A stretch of 64,000 nucleotides of DNA from Geosiphon pyriformis uo1 (lineage: Eukaryota > Fungi > Glomeromycota): assembly GCA_016748015.1 (NCBI GenBank), contig JAAOMT010000617.1, positions 124,001 through 188,000 of the forward strand, read 5' to 3'. Under the pieces are notes generated by a model, which searched no databases, was not told the origin of the DNA, and saw only the letters and a list, made by a program, of their open reading frames with translations. Within the stretch, counting starts at the first letter, position 1, and each line of letters opens with the position of its first letter. The position numbers were made by a program, and so were the translations under genes. Of the stretch, positions 42,054 through 55,602 are shown piece after piece.

Positions 42054-45000
42054 AATACTTTTTGAAAAGGGAAATTCCTGATAGACAACAGACATTAATA
42101 CAGGTTCGAAAAGATTAAATACACAGGAATAGTTAGAACTCTTAATAAAATAAAATTTTCCCAGAATCTTTGATTTAATTGCTTTTGGGTACTAGCCTTG
42201 GCACAATTAGTCATGATCCAGAATTTTGAATTTATCTAATTCAAGTTTTTCAACCTTGTAGGAAGAAGATTAACGCGGTGACTAAATAAGTCATTTTTAA
42301 TGGTTCATCTTTTTTGCCTGCCGATGACATCAATTACAAATTTTAGAACAGCAACCCAATTTACTGCAAATCTCACATTAAATAATCTAAATTGAATCCA
42401 CCAAAATATTTTTAGCTTTTCGACGCATCCTTAAATATAATTATTTTCAGGAATTCTGCATGGCATTTATCTCCCTGGTAAGGCCTTCCAGTGTATTGAT
42501 TAATTGTACCGAAAACTATCTTATTTATTGAAAATTAACTATATATGTTTCCTTCTAAAGTGTGCGAGTTCAAAGACCCCAAAAGATAATTATCTCCTAG
42601 TTTTATTATTCTGGTTCAAAAGCTTTTAAAGGAGACAAACCTTTGTTAATCTAAAAAAATGCCGTCTATTGAAGTCAAAAAAAATCTCAAGGTTTGAACA
42701 TTTTCACTACTTTTCTGATTTTGCTTTTTATGAGCTGGAGTCTTAAGAAATTGATTGTTAGCTGTAATTTTCATTATTCGTCATGGAATTGTTAATTTTT
42801 AACAAAGATCCTGACCACTTTTCCTCTTACTCATCGTCATTTTTTTTTAATTTCTTATATATTAGAAATAGAGCAAACTTTAAACACTGGTTTAAAACTT
42901 TCAAAGGTAAAAATATTTTTTCTTTAATCAAATGGAAAAAAGGTTACAGTTTTGATTTCAATCGAATTGAGGAGTTTTGTTTGGAAATTTAGTATTTACA
43001 GAAATATTTGGTGATATATCAATATAACTATATATACCCAAATCCCATTGGTTGCAGAATGGAACCCTAAAATATCCGTGAGCATATTAACTTTCTGGTT
43101 TTTTTTTGCGAAACAGAATCTTTTGTAAAAGTAGATTTTCGATATTCGAATCTTGAAATAAAAAAACTTGTTTAACTTTAGAAATATTTTTTTTTTAGAG
43201 AAACTATTTGTTTTATCCCTTTCCAATTTCTTGCCACCATGGAATCTTCACTCACGACCATATCTCGAATAGACAGAGCCAAAGCCTCACTGAATAATGA
43301 AGATTTCGGAAGGAATCAATCTGAATTTCTCGTGTTGGCTGAATTGCAGTGTTTATTTCATTATCACTTGTCCAGTTTGTTAACCATTGCACACTTTTTG
43401 TGTCATTTGATTACAATTTATTTTACATAAAACCTATGAAGATAACACATCATATTTATTCAATTCAACAAATTGCATAACAGTATTTACATAAATGTAA
43501 ACAAAATCACAAAGATATTGTAACAATAGGCTATCTTGGGTCATGTGGGTTTTATCAGGATTCTTAGTCACAAGCAACTTTATTCTTTTAAAAATGCGTA
43601 TAAAATAACAACCAATAGCAGCAATTTATGCAAAAAAGATCAAGAATTTTTACGTTTAAATTGTTTTCTTAAAACACAAATTATTAGCAATATTAATTTC
43701 AGGCTTAATTGAAACTTTACAGCTTTTTTTAAAACAAGTACGTATAAAAAAAATCAAAAATAAGCGAGTATTCGAAAAAAAAATTGTGTTACTTTGAATT
43801 TGAACTTTTAAAATGAATCTTTTAAAATAATAGAATATAAATCATTATATTTGTAGCAATGATAATAAAGTCAAAAAACCAACTTATAATTATTCTAATG
43901 TTTATAATGTAACATAAAAGTCATATTTCATTGCCAATTGCAAAAGAAAAAAAATGGTCAAAAGATTCAAGAATTTCCAAAAAAAAAGTTAAATACAAAA
44001 TTTAAACATATTTTAAAAATATAATCATTGAACCAAATTTTATAATAATGTATTTCTTATAAAATCAAATTATTCAAAACCTTTTTAAAAAAACCTTGAA
44101 TATAACAATTATTTTGTTAAATCATTTTATTAACTTTTATATAATTTACACTTAGAATACAAGTCAAAAACCCAAAAATAATTTTTTAAATTTTTTAAAA
44201 AAGATCACAAGTAATTACTTTAAATTCAAATATATTTACTTTTATGATTCAAATAAAATAGTTTTTAAATAAAAAATAATCATATTGATTAAAATTAATT
44301 AATTTTAAAAAAATATGGTATTATGGATAAAAAATTTATTCATAACAATTAAATAATTTATAATTCAAAAATTTATTACTCCTAATATTGTAATTATTAT
44401 ATAATAAAAAATTATTTATAAAAAAATTTGAGTTTAATTAAATTCAACAAAATACAAAATAATAAGAATATTTTTAAATTTAAAAAATTAATTCATGTAT
44501 CTCTTTTTTTAAGTTGTTTATTTTTTGAAAATTAAAAATTGGTTTATTGTTTCATTACAATTTTTTTTGTTTAATACATATAAATGCAAGATCTAAATTA
44601 AGAATTGCATTTTTTTGTAATGTTTATAACTTTTTTAACTTCTTTAGCTTCTTTAAAGTCTTTCAAATTTAGAAAAATCAAAAATTTAATAATTTTTTCA
44701 TTAAATAGCATGGCTTTAATTGTAAAATAAAATCAATTTCAAAAATATTTTTTAGCAGATAGAAATTTATCAATTTGAAGTTTATTTTTTTGAGCATTAC
44801 GTTTTGTTTGTTTGTCATGTGTTTATAATATATATAGTAGATGAAGTTTTTCTTTTAAGTCATTCTGTTATAGTGTTATAATTGCAAAATAATAATTTTA
44901 AAAATACGAAATTAACTAAGTGTTTTATTCAAATAAATAATTTTTTTACATTTGATCTTCATCAAGAGTCACCATGTACATGCAATATGGAGTGTAATTA

Positions 45001-45920
45001 GATTTTAATATAGGCCATAACAGCCTTTATTAAAATATCCTATTAGTATTAAAGCCTAAATTTTATTATTGAATTTCTTAAGAAGCTATTCCGATTACTT
45101 TTAGTCCTGAAAATCACTCTCTGTTCGGAAAACCGATCAAGTCCCTTAGAGCTTTGAAAGAGCAGGGCATCTTAATTTTCAATTTTCAGCAAGTTCAGAA
45201 TATTTTTAAGTTTTCTAGCTTGAAAAAGATAAATTTTCGGAGGATTAAGATAAATAATGATGGTGAAAAACTTCAAACGATAGTCAACGCTTTTCCATTT
45301 AAGGTTTAACATTTCTCGAAATCTTTCATCTTAGAAAATTTGGCAAATACTTTCTTTTGTCGAATTCAAGCTATTTAAAGCCGAAGTCACTTCTGAAATG
45401 AATGTAACTACTCTTGTCGATTTTTTTCTTTCATTATAAATTTCTATGCATTTTTGTTCTTTCTTCGATCAGTAGACTGCTAGACCTTTGAGCTCTTCCT
45501 TAATGTTTGAAAGGAGATTTCCAAAGTTTTTTCTTTAAAGTATTATCAAACAGTCACAGCTTATTGACCTCCTTAGCAAAAGGGAATATATGCATTCTCT
45601 CGCGTCATTCATAGTTTTCAGCAAGTTATATCGTGATGTACACCAATATGAAATAAGGAATAATTAAATAATCTCGATAAAAATTTTATTTTCCAATCCG
45701 AAGATGTTTCATTTAATACATTTTAAAAGAAAACAGGTCCAAAGGTCAAATTCACTATTAAGAACTTTGGGATATTTTGAAGAAATCTCAGGCAAGAAAA
45801 TAAAAATTTTCGAAAGAGGTGCCATTAAGTTAAGAATACAAAAAAGGTAAAATATGATAATATTAGATTTTATTCATGCCTTCATCGTTGGCAAGAAGGC
45901 TTCCTTCTTATAAGGTGTAA

Positions 45921-46380
45921 TTAGACAATAATATAGCAAGCAGCAGCAACACCAGCAATAGCAGCGCCCATCACACCACGATTATATTGAGTAGCCTGGG
46001 CGGAATTTACCTTCGTAGAACTGTGAAATAGAAAATAATAAAGTTAAAGCGAGAATAAAAACTTCCACCCCGAGAGTTTTGATGTATCAAGAACTTTACG
46101 TAGTCACTTGAACTTGGGTACTAGTTGTTGGTGTAATCGTTTGAGTTGTAGTTTTCGATGAAGTTGTCACGGTAAGTGAAAGGGTGTTGGTTGTAGTGGA
46201 CTTGAAAACGTCAAAAATTTGAATTAATGAGAGTCTCGGTTTAACATTAAACCATTTGGTGACATATTAGATGGTTTAACTTACTGTAATTAAAGTACCA
46301 CTCTGAGATTGAGCCATGCCACCCAAACAAAAAGTGCTCAAGATAATAAAGAAAATGGAGAAATATGTGATCGACTTCAT
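45921..46380 (-). CDS. Small Ser/Thr-rich secreted protein, probably GPI-anchored (about 98 aa, 3 exons; missed by the ORF track)
   Basis: Exons 46285-46380, 46100-46200 and 45921-46020 give MKSITYFSIFFIILSTFCLGGMAQ...STTTNTLSLTVTTSSKTTTQTITPTT...NSAQATQYNRGVMGAAIAGVAAACYIIV*. Confidence 0.85.
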
Positions 46381-46917
46381 TTCAAAATGGGGGTTTTTTT
46401 TTAATCTTTTGAGGTTAACTGATTACTTGCTAAATTTCATAAAGGAGTCTATTCAAAGCCCTTAAATATCCATTTTTTAATGTATCCCATTGGGGGATGT
46501 TGACCCATAAAAACAGTTTCAAAGAAAGTAATGAACACGTCTTTTCAACGTAATTTGCTTGGAAATCCAATAAGGTAGCTTGTAAGAATGTATATTATTC
46601 GGGACAACTAGGTGAATGACGTATAATTGACGCATTAATTTGATCCTAGGGCTTGCGATCATTAAATCATTACGAGAGTTTCAAAATGATCATCATTTCA
46701 AAATTATAAATGTCGTACAAGAATTTTTTACCCAAATTTCCCCACGATATGAAGTCATTATGACGATTAAGTGAACAAACCATCATAAGATTACTATCTC
46801 ACCTGATAATTAATATTCCTAGTTTCTCCAACAGAATCTGTGAGACTTACATATTTTCTGCTTCTAGCAAACCTATTAACATCTTTTAATTTCCCCAGTT
46901 TCATCCTCCTAATAAAT

Positions 46918-47502
46918 TCATAATAAGAAAACAAATGCGGAAGCTGCAGCCAACAATCCTCCAATCATAAAACCCCAAGGACCAGCCCAAATTATAGCAG
47001 AATTAGTTGGTTGGGCCCCACTAGTATTTGTAACTGTAGTAGTAGTAGTAGTAGTCGCAATAGTTTCAGTATTGGTCAAAGTCTGGGTAGTCGTGATTGT
47101 GATCACACTTGTGGTAGTTGGGGTTGGACGTATTTCGAGAGTGGTCGTGGTCGTGGCTGAAATCAATTGAAAAATAAAATAAAATAGTGTTGATCTTGAC
47201 AATAAAAATATCTTTTTTAGACAAACCTTCAGGGCCTCTGGGTTCTCTCACAATGGGCGTTTGTGTTAAAGTGATTGGAAGTGTAGTGACAATCGTGGTA
47301 CTAAATTAAAAAGGCAACGAGCATCATTAAACTCGCAACATGACTTGATCAAAAATAGTTTATTAACTTACAAGGTAACAATAGTTGAAGGTGTTTCCTG
47401 CCTTTTAATAACCTTCACCGCGTCAGCAAAAGCCCCCAGAGAGAAGAAAGTATATATAAAGTATACGACGAGAAAAAAATGGTAATGGAAATAGATCTTC
47501 AT
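46918..47502 (-). CDS. Thr-rich mucin-like secreted protein, probably GPI-anchored (3 exons)
   Basis: Exons 47372-47502, 47227-47300 and 46918-47156 encode a signal peptide, a KR|QE Kex2-like site, a Thr-rich body, and SGA followed by a hydrophobic C-terminus (GFMIGGLLAAASAFVFLL). Confidence 0.85.
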
Positions 47503-50108
47503 GTCGAGCAAAAGTAGGTTTCTTGACTTGAAGGTTTAATCGGGTGTGTTAAAAGGACTTTAATAAAGTCAAGGGCTCTATAACTAATTACAAGCGTTGG
47601 GGCCTCCATTTATAAACCTGCTTTGGGATTGATGTTTTCGTCGGGTAAAAATTATGATGAATAGTTTGGTTAATACTCATATGCGTAACGATGAGTCAAT
47701 TTGCCTCCTACTCGTATATCATAATGTCAATTTCGAAATGATATATGGGAAATGATGAAGTTTAAAAAGCCGACACTTGGTCAAATCAATTAATATGTCA
47801 AAGCTTTAAATTTTGACTCATTTTTTAGAAATAATCAATAAAAAGAATTTTTTTTCATTTATTGAAGTAATTTTTAGGGGGTTTACTTAATTTCATTTTG
47901 GAATGCTAGGATTTGTGATGAAATTTGCTAATTTCAATCAATAAATATTACTAATTATATTTTCTCTTTTATATATCTCAAATGAAATTATTCTTATTTG
48001 GGAAACTTAAGTTATTTATAATGGCCTTGAGTATTAAAATTTTAACATTTTTAAAACGGTTTTTAATTCCTATATTGTTTGAAATTCATATTTGTAAAAT
48101 ATTTGATAAACTGTTATATTAATATTATATCAGAATTTTTCACATATAATCGAATAAGTAAAACCAAATAAATGCTTTTAACTTATATTCAATAATGAAA
48201 TTCATTAAAAATATAGTTATAAGTATTAAAAAGTTTATATAAAATATTAATATATAATAGTTAAATAATTATTTTTACTTTTGAAAGAAAAAATTTCAAA
48301 CAATTTATGATTATTTGTATTTTTTTTTCAAAATAATAAGTTACAATTTTTATAATTAAATTTTTTTTTAATACATATAATTAATTAAAAAAAATTATAA
48401 TCAACTTAAATAACCAATATTATAAAACACATCAAAAATTGGAATCTTAATAATAATAATAATTATTATTATTATATTATCATAAAAAATAACAACCAAT
48501 CAGTTTATTATATTTTATTATATATTTTTAGTTTATTTCAATTATATTACTGTTTTTGCTCTTTATATATAATTTTTAGTTAAAAAACTTAAAAAATTAT
48601 ATATTTATTAGCAATTAAATTTTATTGAAATGTATTGAGAATAATATTGCATGATACTTTCTAACTCAAAAATGTATTCTTTCTTTTCTAAAAGCTTGAG
48701 TTGGCACTTGATGCCCATTCAAATACATCAAGTATGAGCGTAGTGATGGTTGGACTACCACTCGGTATTCTACCATTTGAGTGAACAAGACGAGACAAAA
48801 TGAGATTTTAACCAGTAATGAACCTCATCTTTAAATAACTTTTTTCAAAGACATTTTTTGTTCAAATTCATTTTTGGGAATTTTTCAAGTGCCAAATAAT
48901 TTCTTGAATGGGTACAATACGAATACATGATTTTAGATATGTTATAGCTATTCAATCAAATTATTGATATGAACATAATGTTACAAATATGTGTGCAGCG
49001 ATAACCATCTTAAATTATATGCTTGAAAATTGTATTAATAAAGCACAGGAATTTCATACCACATTTTTCAGCATTGATATTTTCGCTACTTTTTAACTTA
49101 ATAGTATTCTCAACAGAATTAAAATCTAGCTCTCCGGATAGATCATCTAATTTAAATCTATAGTGTTTCTTTGCAATATTTTAAATTCTCGCATTTTTCT
49201 TTCGTTTCAATCTTTGGGGACGTCAAGCTTTTAATTTGAATCAGGTTTAACACAATCAAATGTTATATACTTTGGGGAAAATTTAATTCCAAATGATTAA
49301 TCTCTAATACAATCAGTGAAAGGTTTAAGGAATTTGAGGAAGCATTTTGGCTTGAGTAAAGATTCAAAAGACTGATAATTTTTTAAAACTTCAAGTTTCT
49401 CATTAAAAGCTTTAACTCGAAACAAAAGTGGGATAAAATATTTTAAAGGAGTAAAAAGGATTAAACTTGAGAAAATGAAGATTCCGACAATTTAGAATTG
49501 CCAATTTGATACGTAAAACTGTTAATATGGATATCAATTTAAATTAAATAAAAATATTCACATTCAATAGCCTTATTCTTCTTAATACATATACAGTATA
49601 TGCAACACGACCTATTTGAAATAATAACAGAAAAAGTTTAATTTTTTTAATCGATCAAAGCTTTGAAAATAAATATACACAATTAAAATTTCTAAAAGTT
49701 TTCTTTTAGACAATATCTACCCGAAAGACTCATAATTTGTAAATGCCAATGCAAAAATTTTTTAAAAAATCATAAATAATAAACAGACCCTTATTAAGTT
49801 TTCATAAAGTGCTTCAATAAAATCATTTGCTGACTCTTACAGAATTCCAATTATTTCGCTAAAGTCTCCCTTTGTGATCTAAAATAGTTGGGAACAAAAA
49901 AGATAAACTGATACGTTATTTTGAAATCGTAGGCTGGCTCAAAGTTCAAGGTTTGATATGAATTGAATCGCAGAAATACATAAAAAAACAGTAAAATTTA
50001 TCATCTTATCACTAAGAACAGGTTGCTTCAAAAGACAAAAAGTGAAATCCCTAGAAAGATATGGGGAAAACTTTAAAGAGCAGATTTTTGACTAAAATTA
50101 AAAACTAT

Positions 50109-51670
50109 TTAATCGAGGGGCTCTATTTTAATTCTCTTTGGGCTCCGGCTTTGCGATCCGAGATTATCAGAATAGGCATCAGCAACGACATCCATCGTTT
50201 CAATTTCGTAGGTCAAGTCATCGACAAATCGTCTCAGAGTTGTGCAGACCCTGTTATTGAAGCGAATATCAATGTGCCTTTGTCTAACGTGCTGCTTCAT
50301 GCGTAAAATGTAATGCTGGTATTGAGAAATTGACAAATTTGGATACTTGGAGATCATTAAACATGAGAAAACAAATTCAATGGGTGCCAATTTGTTAGAC
50401 CGATTGATGAGTTCGTCATCAGCATCGATCAATGCAGCCAGGGTTTCAAAAACCCACTTGGCAGTTCTCTTGAGCGACAAAGGAACCTCACGCTTATCCT
50501 TCAAATATTTTGAAATGGTTGTTGAAGTAGCCACATTATAGCTTTCAGGTTCCATCTCAATCAAATGGAGCGTTTGAGTAATAATTTGCAAAGGTCGCCC
50601 ACGTTTAGTGTTCATAATCTTTTCAAGGTTAGGAAATGTAAGAAAGAGAGTCTGAGCATAGTCAACCATGGGACTACTTATCGCTTGAAACTTTTCTGTA
50701 ATTAATTGCGTGAAAAGAGATCATTTTTAATCTTGAATTGGGATATATTGATTCAATGAAATATAGAGATATTATTCATTAAATTGCCTGCAACTGTAAG
50801 TGGCATTCCCAGTTGTACGCGACTGAAAATCTCTTTTTCTTGACTCAATAACAAGTTGTAGTATTCGACTAAGAGGAATACAATAAGATTAAAAAATTGA
50901 GCCTTACTACGATGAGACTTGGAAATTTATTACATAACTCTTTAATTTAAATATAATATACTGACCACATACGAGCTCGGAGCAATCAAAATTCTCTCGT
51001 TCTGCATCACTAAGATGCCTTTTATCATTCTCAGACTTGCGTTTATAATACCGTTTCTTGAGATGTCCTCCGGTGGGTATAGAGTGCGGAATTTCATTTT
51101 CCATGAATCTTGTCGATTAATTAGATTCGTAAAGGATCAGAACATTAATTCGGTGCAACTAAAAGATGGAATACCTTTTAATAGCAACGAGCCTTTGTTT
51201 TCCATCGATGCATACTCTCAGGGATCTTTTATTCTCCAGCTTTTTGCAAGAAAAAATGATGGGAGGAACATAATAATTATTAAGGATGGAGTCGATCAAA
51301 TGGCTTTGTTTGGCAGCTATTAAATTTTACACAAAAAATTAAATCAAAAATCGTCTTTTACAGATCTATACCTCAGTTTCTAATAACTTTCAAAACAACC
51401 CACCAGTCCAGACATCTCCTTTAAAAATACGAATTTCACCAAAATTAAGACAAGAGCAATAGTAAAAAATAAATTTGTTGATTATTTAAAAGTATTTCAT
51501 TAACAGATTTCAAAGTATGATACATTTTTCCTTTCTAACAAGCAAAGTAGTCCTTTATACCAACCTCGCTGGAAATCTGGACTCAAGTCAATGGCTCCCA
51601 TTTGCATCCAGTTAAACAGCTTGTAAAGAGTATGAGTTATATTTCTTGGTTTGTTCAAAGTATCGTCCAT
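50109..51670 (-). CDS. DUF262 (ParB/sulfiredoxin-like) domain protein, 6 exons
   Basis: Spliced product reads IDLSPDFQRGDVWTAAKQSHLIDSILNNYYVPPIIF...VCIDGKQRLVAIKRF...EIFSRVQLGMPLT, carrying the QR, DGxQR and F.R motifs typical of DUF262. It includes a 15-nt microexon and a GC-AG intron. Confidence 0.88.
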
Positions 51671-54442
51671 GATGAAAGAAAGGAAGGAATAGAATGGCAC
51701 AGTTTTATTTTATTTAGTCGTCAAAGTATTCCTTAAAAATCATCATTATATAATTATTATCAGCTAGCAATTAACTGTTAATCTCTGTGATTTTTTCCTT
51801 GCTCAGCATATATATGTAATAAAATGTGTGAGCGGAGTTTTTGGCAGTAATTTTAACAACCAGGCATGCTTCGATAAGCTGAAGCTGGTAGGTTTAATCA
51901 TTCAAAGAAATATCTATTGATTATTTGATAGATAGACTATTAATTCGTATTTTATTTAGCTTCCCAAAATTAAAATGTCGCTTAAATTTGTAATACAATT
52001 TTCATTGTTTTTCATAAACCAACTCAAATATTTCTTGAAATTTATTGTATTCCTCAATTATTTTAAATTATTTCCAAAACTAAAAGTGTTCAAGAATCTT
52101 TAATCCAATAAGAGTTTTGAAGTATCAAACATGATAAACTGAAAAATGAGAAAGTTCACACGAAAGACAATGTGAAAAATTTTCGGGCAACATTTAATAC
52201 CCAAAGTGAGAAGAATTGGGAGTTCGTGTTGTCATCAAAATAAAGCATATACGTCTAAAACCAAAAAATTATTCCGGGCATTGGTTCATGGAGCCATGAT
52301 TCTCCCCGAAGATCATGCAGGAAATAGTGTTCGTGCTTAGCGATGCCTTGTATTTGCCTATTATTAATTCATTACAATCCATCCAAAAAGCGTCAGCCTT
52401 AACCAGTAAATTAAGACGCAAACAAAAAACTTGATTCAACTGTTGCAGGTGAGGACAAGATACCAAAACTTTGACAATAAGTTTATATACAGATTTTTAC
52501 ATGCAGGAATTGTAAAGTAAACAATGGTTTCAAAGTTTTAGGGAGTCCTATCAATATCTTTTTATTTTAAGAATTTTTATAAATATGTTAATTGATTCGA
52601 TATTACAATAATAACAGAAGAAATTTTTGTGAAGAAATGGCCCAAAAGCAACAGCAAAATCAAAAATGGACTTGAGAAATCTTTTTTGCACCACTATTAG
52701 TCTTTTATCAAGTTTAAAAATAATTTTAACATAATAGGTTAAGTCTTTTCTTATTGAAAGAAATTTTTAATTCTTTATCTTAAAATGAAAATTTTGAAAG
52801 GTTTGAGTCAATTAGAATTTGCATACTGCTCGATAAACAAAGAGGTTCAAAGTTACATTATAAAGACAGGTTTTTTTGCTTCCTTTAAATAAAATTAATA
52901 AATTTAATGGTAACCGAAATTTATTTTGAATTGGCTCATTAAATGTCGTTTGTAACTCAATGACCAATTTTTAATTTCGAATACTTTATTTTTCTTTTTA
53001 TTTTAATTTATGTGAAAATTTTTGTGTAACTTATTTTCCACGTTAATTACTATTAACACTAAAGGGTCTAGAATAAAAATCGTCCAATTTGTTGCTTTGC
53101 TAAAATTATGAAATTAAAACTTGATATAATAAAAAAGTAAAAAAATAAGAAATATTCTTGAATATTATGACCAGTTATGTTTGCGCTACAAGGACGGATG
53201 GTACTACTAAGCATTGCTATGTAAAGTCTATCATTTCCTGTATGGTCACTGCAGGACCAAGGCTCCATCAAGCGAGCGTCATTTTCATCTCCATCTATCA
53301 CAATTCCACAATTCCGGTAGTTGTACATTTCGGACCCTCCGATTCTTTGGATGTTGTCAAGTCTTGGTTGTTTAAGTTTCGTTTTGGATAATAACACGAA
53401 CCCCTTAATTCCTCGGCCTTGCTGATGACGCGATAATGCGCTCAACGAAAAATTTTCTGAATGGTTTTTCTTATAATTTTTCCTGTCTTGGGATTGGCTA
53501 CAAAGTACGTTTATAATTATCCAGAATAATGGTAGATGTGTTATAAGCACAGACAGATTATGGAGATAAGTGACATAAAAACAGTTTCGAAAAATTTGGC
53601 CGCAGATCTTTTCGAGAAAGAAATTATAGTGTGCACTGATATGCCCCGCCAATTCGTATTACGCTTAATTACTTCTTCCCTAGCAATCAATGCTTCATCA
53701 ATTATATCCATGGGCGCATTGCCATGAATACTTGAAGCAACATTCCGAGAAATAAAACAGTTTGCATGAAGATGGTTTGATTAATAGTGTACGGTAGGCA
53801 ATCACAATTTCTGAGACCATTCTGCAGTTTTTTCGTTCCAATAGGGTCTCAAGTCCCCATCGTTTAAAATTGATACCGACTCGACCGAGTATTTATTTTT
53901 ACAATTTTAAAACCTGATAAGCATTATAAATTCACATCCCATTAGGAAATAACCTAATGCTATATGCGGTAAATATTAACCCATTGAGCTTTTAAATTTA
54001 AAGTTTTGAGACTTTTAATTTTTTTTTAATTTTCATGGTAACAAAAATATAATTGTTTCGCTTGACTTTATGCTAATATTGATATTGAATTACTATAATT
54101 TATTTATATTGTCTATAAAAACACTTTTTACAAATTCATTTCATGGCATAATGAAAAAAATTTGTGCAAATTTACTATTTTGCTCAAAAATTTACACAAA
54201 TTTTGCAAGTAGAACCTGCTTTTTAGCCATGTGAATCAACAAAGTTATATTTGTTTATTCACTGCAGTAAATTATCCACTACAGCTTAACCAGAACATCT
54301 CACTTGTACCTAAAGGCTGGCCCATCCAAGATTTCTAGATTCTGAACAAATAATAATATAAAAAGTTCGAATGACAATTTTTAGAGGAACCAATTTTTTG
54401 TCATTACATGCTCTTAGGAATAATCCTTGAAATTATCTTAAA

Positions 54443-55602
54443 ATGGGAAATACAGCCAGTAAATATAAAAAATGTACAAAACCAAAGTTAAAGAGGTCAG
54501 CTTCTGTAACTTTGAAAATTACCAATCGACAACGAACTATTTCTTCGGCTTCGAATTCAACATTGATGGGCAGAGAAAACATTGAAACGGTTTGTTGAAT
54601 AGAAAGTTACAGTTTTTTAACCTTCATATCTTAAGCTCTTAAAATCGAGACAAAATTTTCTTAATCTATTAGGTAGCCGAAGATGAAGTTGATCGATTAC
54701 AGTTACAACATTATCTTACACGTTATGTATGGACGAAAAACTTTTTATCTCCACTAAATGAAATTCTCCAGTCTGGTGCAAATGTCCTCGATGTAAAGTG
54801 TGGTCCTGGAACTTGGATTTGCGAAATGGCCACCGAATATCCAAAGTCCAAATTTACTGGTATCGATATCATCCCAATATTTCCAAAGGAGATTAAGCCA
54901 TCGAATACAAAATTCTTAGAATGGAAGATCCTTGATGGACTTCCATTTCAATCAGAAACCTTTGACTTTGTTTATCAAAGTTTTGATATATTTGGCTTTA
55001 CACGTGAACAACTATCAAAAGTAATAGGTGAATTGGTAAGAGTGACAAAGCACGAAGGTTATATAGAGTTAGTTGAAAGTGACATGAATTTTATCAATGG
55101 AGGTATCGCGACTCTTACTGTCTTAGCAGCTTGTAAGCATCTTTTTTCTTAAACAGCCTTAAATTGTGAAAATGTATAATCAAAGTTATGAATTTTTTTC
55201 CTTCTAAAAGATCAACAATTATTGGAAAACGAAAATATTGATCCAAAAATTAGCACGAAATTAGCACAATACCTGAAAGATACCAAATCAATCACCGACA
55301 TCACCTACCAAGAGATATCAATACCAATAGGTAGCTGGGGAGGCCGGATGGGTGATTTAGTAAGTTTAATACGATCCTTTTTTTTCCTTCCGTGAAATAT
55401 TGAAAATGGTTTTCTTTGAACTTCATTTGATTAGGCAAAAGAAGAAATCAATAAAGAATGGAAGAACTTGCGAAAACCATTGACAAATTTTTTGGATATA
55501 ACAAACGAAGAATTCAGTATTCTTTATAGTGAAATGGAAAGAGAATTTGACGAACAGAAAACTTCCATTCCATCATTTAGAATATATGCGAAAAAAATTT
55601 GA
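54443..55602 (+). CDS. Class I SAM-dependent methyltransferase (LaeA/TAM-like fungal family), 4 exons
   Basis: MGNTAS...|VAEDEVDRLQLQHY...VLDVKCGPGTWICEMATEYPKSKFTGIDI...GLPFQSETFDFVY...ELVRVTKHEGYIELVE...IPIGSWGGRMG...YAKKI*. Confidence 0.9.

Noticed and set aside
51108-51174. Possible U12-type intron in the DUF262 gene (GTATTCC donor, TCCTTTAC-like branch); similar GTAT donors at 41570 and 61470
   Set aside because: None matches the GTATCCTT consensus, so U2-type splicing explains them adequately.
36254-55602. Secondary-metabolite cluster (P450 plus methyltransferases plus tautomerase)
   Set aside because: There is no backbone synthase, the genes are widely spaced, and one methyltransferase acts on RNA.
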